From: Ilumatobacteraceae bacterium
Lineage (GTDB): Bacteria > Actinomycetota > Acidimicrobiia > Acidimicrobiales > Ilumatobacteraceae
Direction: 5' to 3'
Assembly: GCA_043758005.1 (NCBI GenBank)
Contig: JAYVOI010000034.1
Coordinates: 1 to 31,527 of the forward strand
Length of the DNA stretch: 31,527 bases
Shown: one piece after another, positions 25,111 through 31,527 of the stretch
Numbering within the stretch: position 1 is the first letter of the stretch
How the letters are laid out: each line of letters begins with the position of its first letter
Notes under the pieces: model-generated
Told to the model about the DNA's origin: nothing
Seen by the model: the letters and a program-made list of their open reading frames with translations, nothing else
Databases searched by the model: none
Position numbers and translations under genes: made by a program

Positions 25111-25970
25111 TCGTCGTCGCAGTCCGGAGGACGCGGTGAGCCGTCAGCGATCAGCGCAGCGTTCAACTCGGCGCCCCCGAGCGAGATCATTGCGTGGAGG
25201 CTGAGCCAGGTGAGTAGCCCGATCACCGACGCGAAGTCCTTTCCGTAGACGGGCGATGCCTTGGCGATAGCCCGCCCGACGATCGCCACCCCGAACGCCT
25301 GGAGTGCGGCGAAGAGCACGCCGCCGGCGATCGCGCCCGGCGCGACGCTGTGCCACGTCGGTCGCGTCGTGCGCAGCCACCGGTAGCTCAACGCCAACAC
25401 GCCAGCGTTGATGGCGACCGCTCCCGCGAGCAGCAGTACCGTGCCGACAACTGCGATGTTCGTGATCGTCGCGATGCTCGCCAAGATCGCGGCACCGATC
25501 TGAGCGCCGCCGACGTAGAGGATTCCCAGAAGCGCGTGCAGGCGCGTGACGAACAGATTGGCGCGATCGTCGAGCGGTACCCCGGCGATGTCGTCGAGTG
25601 CTCCGTGCACCGCGACGAACGCCTTCATCCCGCCCCACAGGCTGATCACCACACCAAGGATCAGCACCAGTGCGTTGCCTTCCAACTTGGACGGATCGGT
25701 TGCGATCTGGCCTCCCACGAAGGGAAGCTGCGCCAACGCCGAGTCCTTGATGTCGGTGAGCAGCTTCGCATTGTTCTGCAACACAAACCCCAGCACTGTC
25801 GTGAACACCAACAGCAACGGAAAGACCGAGATGAATCCGAAGTGGGAGATCAGGGCGGCGTTGCGCCCGCTGCGATGCTTGCGGAACCCTTCGATGGTCT
25901 GGACGGCGACATCGGCCGGGCGTGACTTGGCACGGAGCGTGCGAACCCGCGAGTACTCGGTCCAATTCAC
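25107..25970 (-). CDS. YihY / virulence factor BrkB family membrane protein
   Basis: AALISHFGFISVFPLL, LWGGMKAF, YRWL, APGAIAGG, YGKDFASVIGLLTWL, GGAELN; about six TMs. Confidence 0.88.
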   Translation of the reverse strand: MNWTEYSRVRTLRAKSRPADVAVQTIEGFRKHRSGRNAALISHFGFISVFPLLLVFTTVLGFVLQNNAKLLTDIKDSALAQLPFVGGQIATDPSKLEGNALVLILGVVISLWGGMKAFVAVHGALDDIAGVPLDDRANLFVTRLHALLGILYVGGAQIGAAILASIATITNIAVVGTVLLLAGAVAINAGVLALSYRWLRTTRPTWHSVAPGAIAGGVLFAALQAFGVAIVGRAIAKASPVYGKDFASVIGLLTWLSLHAMISLGGAELNAALIADGSPRPPDCDDE

Positions 25971-26058
25971 ACGTAGGAATGTAGGTGGCCGGCGCTCGTT
26001 CTAAACCTTCGATGTCCAGGCATCGCCATGGATCGAGATCTGCTACTACGGTCGTGGC

Positions 26059-28107
26059 GTGCGACGGCCCGGTGTCAGCAACGTCGACCCCACTCGCGCA
26101 GTCGCGCTCGCCGCCATCGCAACCATCGTGGGCATTCAGCTGATCTTCTTCGGGCTGCCTCTGGGGTTGTGGCTCCACGGGTTGACGCTCGGTGGCCTGA
26201 ACGCCGTACTGGCGGTCGGCATGGCGTTGATCTACCGCGCCAATCGCGTGGTCAACTTCGCGCAAGCCGAGCTCGGCACCGTGCCGACCTCGTTCGCGGC
26301 CGCGTTCATCATCTTCTGGGGCTGGCCGTACCTGCTCGGGTTGGCCGCTGGGTTGGTGCTGTCGATCGTCGCCGGCGTGGTGATCGAGTTCGCCCTGATC
26401 CGCCGGTTCCGCAACTCGCCCCGGCTGGTGGTCACCGTGGCCACGCTGGGCATCACCCAGCTGCTGGTCGTGATCGGCATCCTGATCCCGAGGTGGTGGG
26501 GTCGCAACCTGGCGAGTGAACGCATCTCCCCTCCCATCGGGTGGAAGCTGACGATCGGCCAGGTGATCCTCAACGCCAACCATCTCATCGCCTTGGTCGT
26601 GGCGCCACTGATGATGGCCGGCGTTGCCTGGTTCCTTGCACGCAGCCGGTACGGCGTGGCGATCCGAGCCAGTGCCGAGCGGGGTGATCGGGCGGCAATG
26701 CTCGGCATCCCGGTGGGCCGGTTGAACACGCTGGTGTGGGCGATCGCTGCTGCCATGTCGTTCGTCGCCCTGTTCCTGCGCAGTGGGATCATCGGCGTGC
26801 CGGTCGGCTATGCCGCCGGGCTGCCGGCGTTGCTGCAATCCCTCGCCGCGTTGGTCATTGCCCGGCTCGAACGATTGCCGACCGTTGCTGCCGCGGCGAT
26901 CGCACTGGGCCTGTTGGAATCGGGTGTGCGCTTCAACTCCGACACGCCGGCCGCGGCCTACCCGATCATGGCGGCGGTGATGTTCGTCGTGTTACTCGTG
27001 CAACGAACTAGTAGCAACCGCCGCGACAACGACGCCGCCAGCACGTGGCGGGGTGCGGACGAAGTGCGGCCGTTGGCCCTCGCCGATCGGCGGCACCCGA
27101 ACGTGCGCATGGCCCGCTGGGCCCTGTGCATCGTCGGCCTCGGCGCCGTGGTCGGTGCGCCGATGGTGCTCAGCGTCGACTACATCATCAAGGCTTCGGC
27201 GATCTTCGCATTCGCGATCATCGGGCTGTCGCTCGTGGTGTTGACGGGGTGGGCCGGGCAGATCTCGCTCGGTCAGATGGCGATCGTCGGCGTCGGCGCG
27301 GCCGTCAGCGCCACCTGCACCTCGAGATGGCACGTCGACCTCACGCTCGGTCTGTTGATCGGTGGCTGTGCCGGGGGAGTGGTCGCCTTTGCTGTCGGTG
27401 TTCCGGCCTTGCGCCTGCGTGGGTTGTACTTGGCGGTGACCACGTTCGCCTTGGCATTGGCCACCGAGCAGTGGCTGCTCAGCGACCGGTTCTTCGGCTG
27501 GTTCCCGAAAGGAGATTCGCGATTCGAGCGGCCGCCGCTGTTCGGCCAGATCCGTCTCGACACCCCGACTCGCTACTACATGTACTCGTTGATCGTGCTG
27601 GCGCTGAGCTATCTGGCCACCCGGGGCATCCGCCAATCGCGGACCGGTCGGGTGATCATCGCCGTGCGCGAGAACGAGCGTGCCGCGCAGAGCTACTCGA
27701 TCCCTGCGGTGCGGGCCAAGCTGACTGCGTTTGTGATCTCGGGTGTGCTAGCGGGGATCGGTGGCGCACTGTTCACCCACCTCAACCAGTCGTTCAGCGT
27801 CACCAGCTACAGCACCGGCGAGAGCTTCAACGTCTTCACCTCGGCGGTGATCGGTGGCCTGGGCTCGCTGGGTGGCGGCATTCTGGGGGCCGTGTACCTG
27901 CGTGGCATCCGTTGGTTCATCACGTCGCAGGAGTGGCAACTGTTGTCGAGCGGTGCCGGTGTGCTGTTGGTGCTGCTGATCCTGCCGGGTGGGCTCGGCG
28001 GGTTGTGGGTCACCGTGCGCGACGTGATGGTGCGCCTGCTGGTGCGCAGCGCGCCGAAGGCCGTCGCCGATGCGCCCGTCGGCGTCCCGGTGGAGCCTGC
28101 AGCATGA
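26059..28107 (+). CDS. Branched-chain amino-acid-type ABC permease, fused LivH-LivM
   Basis: LivH half: GMALIYRANRVVNFAQAELG, SRYGVAIRASAE. LivM half: LTGWAGQISLGQ, LRLRGLYLAVTT, SRTGRVIIAVRENERAA, IGGLGSLGG. TACGGT lies 6 nt before GTG 26059. Confidence 0.9.
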   Translation: MRRPGVSNVDPTRAVALAAIATIVGIQLIFFGLPLGLWLHGLTLGGLNAVLAVGMALIYRANRVVNFAQAELGTVPTSFAAAFIIFWGWPYLLGLAAGLVLSIVAGVVIEFALIRRFRNSPRLVVTVATLGITQLLVVIGILIPRWWGRNLASERISPPIGWKLTIGQVILNANHLIALVVAPLMMAGVAWFLARSRYGVAIRASAERGDRAAMLGIPVGRLNTLVWAIAAAMSFVALFLRSGIIGVPVGYAAGLPALLQSLAALVIARLERLPTVAAAAIALGLLESGVRFNSDTPAAAYPIMAAVMFVVLLVQRTSSNRRDNDAASTWRGADEVRPLALADRRHPNVRMARWALCIVGLGAVVGAPMVLSVDYIIKASAIFAFAIIGLSLVVLTGWAGQISLGQMAIVGVGAAVSATCTSRWHVDLTLGLLIGGCAGGVVAFAVGVPALRLRGLYLAVTTFALALATEQWLLSDRFFGWFPKGDSRFERPPLFGQIRLDTPTRYYMYSLIVLALSYLATRGIRQSRTGRVIIAVRENERAAQSYSIPAVRAKLTAFVISGVLAGIGGALFTHLNQSFSVTSYSTGESFNVFTSAVIGGLGSLGGGILGAVYLRGIRWFITSQEWQLLSSGAGVLLVLLILPGGLGGLWVTVRDVMVRLLVRSAPKAVADAPVGVPVEPAA

Positions 28108-31004
28108 TGCGCGAGTTCGCAACCGCGTGCCGTCATCCGGGCGGATGGCTGCGCGAGATCTGCGGCGGCGAGGCCGCCTTCCCGCTCGTCGTGCTGTTCG
28201 GCCTCAACGCGGTCGACGAGCTCGACCGCACCGCGTTCGGAATCTTGCTGCCCAACATCCGCGACGAGTTTCACCTCGACAACACCAAGGTGCTCGGCCT
28301 CGTGGCTCTGGTGTCGGTGGCCGCGCTCGCGCTGCAGGTGCCGATCGCCCAGTATGCCGACCGCTCGCGCCGGGTTCCGCTGGCCATCGCGGGTGCGGTC
28401 GTGTGGGCGCTGTTCAGCGGACTCACCGGTCTGGCGACCGGTGTGATCATGCTGACGATCGCCCGCAGTGGCAGCTCGATCGGCAAGGCGGTGATCGACC
28501 CGACGCACAACTCGTTGATCGCCGACTACTACCCGATCAATGCGCGCAGCCGCGTGTTCAGCACCCACCGTGCCGCCAACGCCGTCGGATCGTTCGTCGG
28601 CCCGCTGGCCGCCGGGTTGTTGGCGTTCGCCTTCGGCTGGCGCGCACCGTTCCTGGTGTTCGTCATCCCGACGATCGTCTTCGCCGTCATCGCGCTGCGT
28701 CTGCGCGAACCGATCCGCGGCCGGTGGGAGCGCCAGGCGATGGGTGCCAGCGACGATGTGATCGCGACCGAGGAGACCGTGCCGTCGTACGCCGAGAGTT
28801 GGCGGACCGTGCAGAAGATCGAAAGCCTCAAGCGGATCTGGTGGAGCCTGCCGTTCCTCGCTACCGCACTCATCGGCTTCGTCGCGCTGGCGTCGCTGCT
28901 CTACGAGCAGGAGTTCGGTCTCGACGAGCGCGCCCGCGGCATCGCCTCGGCCATTGCCGAACCCTTCCAGCTCGTCGGCCTGGTGCTGGGTTCGCGCATC
29001 GTCACCCGGCGGTTCCTCGGTGACATGCGTGGTTTGATCCGTTTCCTTGCCAAGGTTGCAGTCGCCACCTCGATCGCCGCGATTGCATTCGCGATCGCAC
29101 CGAACATCGTCGTCGCTGTCGGCGTGAACTGCGTGATCTCGGCGTCGCTGGCGATGCTCGGTCCTGGCATCCTCGTGGCGCTCTCCCTGGCGATCCCGCC
29201 CCGCGCCCGAGCGACAGGCTTCTCCGTCGCCTCGCTGTGGGTCATCCCCGGGCTCATCGTGCTGCCGCTGATCGGCTGGATCTCCGGCCACGTCGGGATT
29301 CGCTGGGGGCTGCTGGTCCTGGTGCCGCTGTTCATCATCGGCAGCCTCGTACTCGGCAGCGCCGGGTCGGTGATCGATGCCGACATCGCCCAAGTGTGGC
29401 GCGCCGCCGCAGTGCGTAGCGAGGCGTTGTACCAACGCCGCCAGGGGCAGAGCGACCTGCTGCTCGTGCGTGGCGCCGATGCCGGCTACGGCGGCCGCCA
29501 GGTGCTGTTCGGCGTCGACATCGACATCAAGGAGGGCGAGATCGTCGCCCTCCTCGGCACCAACGGTGCGGGTAAGAGCACGTTGTTGAAAGTCATCAGT
29601 GGCGTGGTCGAGGCCGACCGCGGCGCGGTGGTGCTCGATGGCCGCGACATCACGCATGCACCACCCAACGAGATCGCGATGCTCGGCATCAGCCAGATGC
29701 CTGGCGGCCAAGGGGTCTTCGGCTCGCTGACCGTGGCCGAGAACTTGCGCCTGGCCGGGTGGACACGGCGACACCACCACGACGTGGACACCGCGATCGA
29801 GGAGATCCTCACCCTGTTCCCGGTGCTGCGCGAGCGGTACACGGCATCGGCGGCTGACCTCAGCGGTGGTCAACAACAGATGCTGGCGCTCGGCATGGCG
29901 TTCATCAGCAAGCCGCGCGTGCTGTTGATCGACGAGCTGTCGTTGGGCCTCGCGCCGGTGATCGTCGGTCAGTTGTTGCCACTGGTGCGCAGGCTGGCCG
30001 ATGATGGCGTGGCGGTGATCCTGGTCGAACAGAGTGTCAACGTCGCCCTCACGTTGGCCGAGCGTGCCTACTTCATGGAGCGCGGCATGATCCGGTTCGC
30101 GGGCCCGACGGCCGATCTGTTGAAGCGCCCCGATCTGTTGCGGTCGGTGTTCCTCACCGACATCGCCGCCTCGACCTCGTCGGCAGCGGAATCGACACCC
30201 ACCGACCAGATCGCCCTCGAGGTCTCCGGTCTCGGGCGGTCGTTCGGCGGCAACCGCGCCGTCAACGATGTGTCCTTCGCGGTCGTCAAGAACGAGATCG
30301 TCGGCATGATCGGGCCGAACGGCGCCGGCAAGACCACGCTGTTCGATCTGATCAGTGGATACGTGCCCTCAGACAGCGGGCGTGTTGTGCTCGACGGCCG
30401 AGAGGTCACATCGGATTCGGCTACGGTTCGCGCTCGCCGCGGTCTGGGACGCAGCTTCCAGGACGCACGCCTGTTCCCCGACATGACGGTCGCCGAGACG
30501 ATTGCGGTGGCCCTCGAGCGATGGACCACGCAACGCAGCGTGCTGGCTGCCGCATTGCGGTTCCCGACGGTGTTCGACGACGAGGAGCGCACCCACGTCC
30601 GCGTCGAGGAGTTGATCGAAGTGATGAACCTCGGCTCGTATCGCAACTCGTTCATCCGTGAGCTCTCGACCGGCACCCGGCGCATCGTCGATCTTGCCTG
30701 CCTGGTCGGCCACCGCCCGACAGTGGTGCTGCTCGACGAGCCCTCGAGCGGGATTGCCCAGCGCGAGGTCGAAGCGTTGGCGCCGGTGCTGTTGCGCCTG
30801 CGCGATGAGATGGGCGCCAGCCTGCTGGTGATCGAACACGACCTGCCGTTGATCTCAACGATCGCCGATCGATTGATCGCCCTCGATCAGGGGGAGGTGA
30901 TCGCCGTCGGCAGCCCGGCTGACGTGTTGACCCACCCCGACGTGGTAGAGAGCTACTTGGGGAACAACGCAGCAGCGCGGCAGCGCTCCGGCATCAGGGG
31001 ATAG
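28104..31004 (+). CDS. MFS permease fused to two ABC ATPase domains (LivF-like and LivG-like), 966 aa
   Basis: True start ATG 28104 overlaps the permease stop. Twelve TM helices with motif-A-like [11 protein letters not shown]1: GTNGAGKST (29556), LSGGQ (29859), LLIDELS. NBD2: GPNGAGKTT (30312), LSTGT (30663), [20 protein letters not shown]. Confidence 0.88.
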   Translation: MMREFATACRHPGGWLREICGGEAAFPLVVLFGLNAVDELDRTAFGILLPNIRDEFHLDNTKVLGLVALVSVAALALQVPIAQYADRSRRVPLAIAGAVVWALFSGLTGLATGVIMLTIARSGSSIGKAVIDPTHNSLIADYYPINARSRVFSTHRAANAVGSFVGPLAAGLLAFAFGWRAPFLVFVIPTIVFAVIALRLREPIRGRWERQAMGASDDVIATEETVPSYAESWRTVQKIESLKRIWWSLPFLATALIGFVALASLLYEQEFGLDERARGIASAIAEPFQLVGLVLGSRIVTRRFLGDMRGLIRFLAKVAVATSIAAIAFAIAPNIVVAVGVNCVISASLAMLGPGILVALSLAIPPRARATGFSVASLWVIPGLIVLPLIGWISGHVGIRWGLLVLVPLFIIGSLVLGSAGSVIDADIAQVWRAAAVRSEALYQRRQGQSDLLLVRGADAGYGGRQVLFGVDIDIKEGEIVALLGTNGAGKSTLLKVISGVVEADRGAVVLDGRDITHAPPNEIAMLGISQMPGGQGVFGSLTVAENLRLAGWTRRHHHDVDTAIEEILTLFPVLRERYTASAADLSGGQQQMLALGMAFISKPRVLLIDELSLGLAPVIVGQLLPLVRRLADDGVAVILVEQSVNVALTLAERAYFMERGMIRFAGPTADLLKRPDLLRSVFLTDIAASTSSAAESTPTDQIALEVSGLGRSFGGNRAVNDVSFAVVKNEIVGMIGPNGAGKTTLFDLISGYVPSDSGRVVLDGREVTSDSATVRARRGLGRSFQDARLFPDMTVAETIAVALERWTTQRSVLAAALRFPTVFDDEERTHVRVEELIEVMNLGSYRNSFIRELSTGTRRIVDLACLVGHRPTVVLLDEPSSGIAQREVEALAPVLLRLRDEMGASLLVIEHDLPLISTIADRLIALDQGEVIAVGSPADVLTHPDVVESYLGNNAAARQRSGIRG

Positions 31005-31008
31005 CCAC

Positions 31009-31527
31009 ATGCAGCCAGCCAGCTCGACAGGTGCTGATCGCAGCCGTCAGCTCCGCCGGTGGGGCCCGATCGCCGGCGTCGTCGTCCTGGTAGCGGTCGT
31101 CATCGGGCTGGTGGTGATCACCCGCGACTCCGGCAATGGAACCAGCTCGGCCACCACGGCGGTGGCACCGCAATCCACGGCCGTTGCCGCATCCACGTCG
31201 GTCGCACCGACCGGCACCACGACCCCCGGCGCCGACACCACGGCGGTCGGCACCACGACGCCGCCGGCCGCCGTCACCTACCCACTGTCGTATGCCGAGG
31301 CGACGTTGCAGGGCAAAGCAGACTCGATCGACTGGGGAAATCGGTGCGACACGTCGACCGGCAGGCTCGCCGTTCCCGACTACTTCGCCCCGGCGTGCTT
31401 TGCTCCCTTCACCGGCGACAACGGCGGTGCCACGGCGCCCGGTGTCACCGGCGACACGATCAACATCGTGTACTACGAGGGCCAGGAGACCGACCCGATC
31501 ATCGCCTACATCACCGACGCGATCAAG
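31009..31527 (+). CDS. ABC substrate-binding protein (LivJ/LivK-type), TM-anchored; runs off the window
   Basis: Not in the ORF track. Hand translation: MQPASSTGADRSRQLRRWGPIAGVVVLVAVVIGLVVI, Thr-rich linker, CDTSTGRLAVPDYFAPAC, DNGGATAPGVTGDTINIVYY, a start motif typical of actinobacterial Liv-type binding proteins. Confidence 0.7.
   Translation, partial: MQPASSTGADRSRQLRRWGPIAGVVVLVAVVIGLVVITRDSGNGTSSATTAVAPQSTAVAASTSVAPTGTTTPGADTTAVGTTTPPAAVTYPLSYAEATLQGKADSIDWGNRCDTSTGRLAVPDYFAPACFAPFTGDNGGATAPGVTGDTINIVYYEGQETDPIIAYITDAIK

Noticed and set aside
25976-26000. GGAAT-N17-GTT, SigR/SigH-like promoter
   Set aside because: Spacing is one base shorter than the usual N18, the sequence overlaps the yihY -10 on the other strand, and a housekeeping-type -10 explains the downstream start.
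27045-28103. N-terminal 353-aa extension of the 1319-aa ORF
   Set aside because: Off-frame overlap with the LivM half of the permease, Arg/Gly-rich nonsense. The real start is ATG 28104.

Overview
High-GC (roughly two-thirds G+C by eye) actinobacterial DNA. Mycothione reductase points to Actinomycetota, and the gene content suggests Acidimicrobiia (inference). No rRNA, tRNA, CRISPR array or transposase was seen. From left to right the window holds: (1) a cell-surface cluster of a DUF4012 protein (truncated), a LytR_C protein, a Wzc-like tyrosine autokinase and a histidine phosphatase; (2) a convergent minus-strand operon of overlapping genes: ABC exporter, a 44-codon glycosyltransferase remnant missed by the ORF track, heparinase II/III-like protein, APH-type kinase, a COG4671-like glycosyltransferase with two compensating frameshifts, and a deacetylase; (3) a trimethyllysine-dioxygenase-like enzyme plus a Cys-rich protein, divergent from mtr; (4) a secreted Gly-rich protein with an MprAB-like two-component system; (5) a LacI regulator with a clear operator and a frcBCA-fructokinase-frcK sugar operon; (6) a REP-like 43-bp doublet, a FrcA paralog lacking the ABC signature motif, and YihY; (7) a three-gene transporter: fused LivH-LivM permease, an MFS-LivF-LivG triple fusion and a membrane-anchored binding protein. 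The most unusual items are the MFS-ABC fusion transporter and the decaying or mis-assembled glycan-modification operon. All family calls come from motif recognition only; no database search was run.
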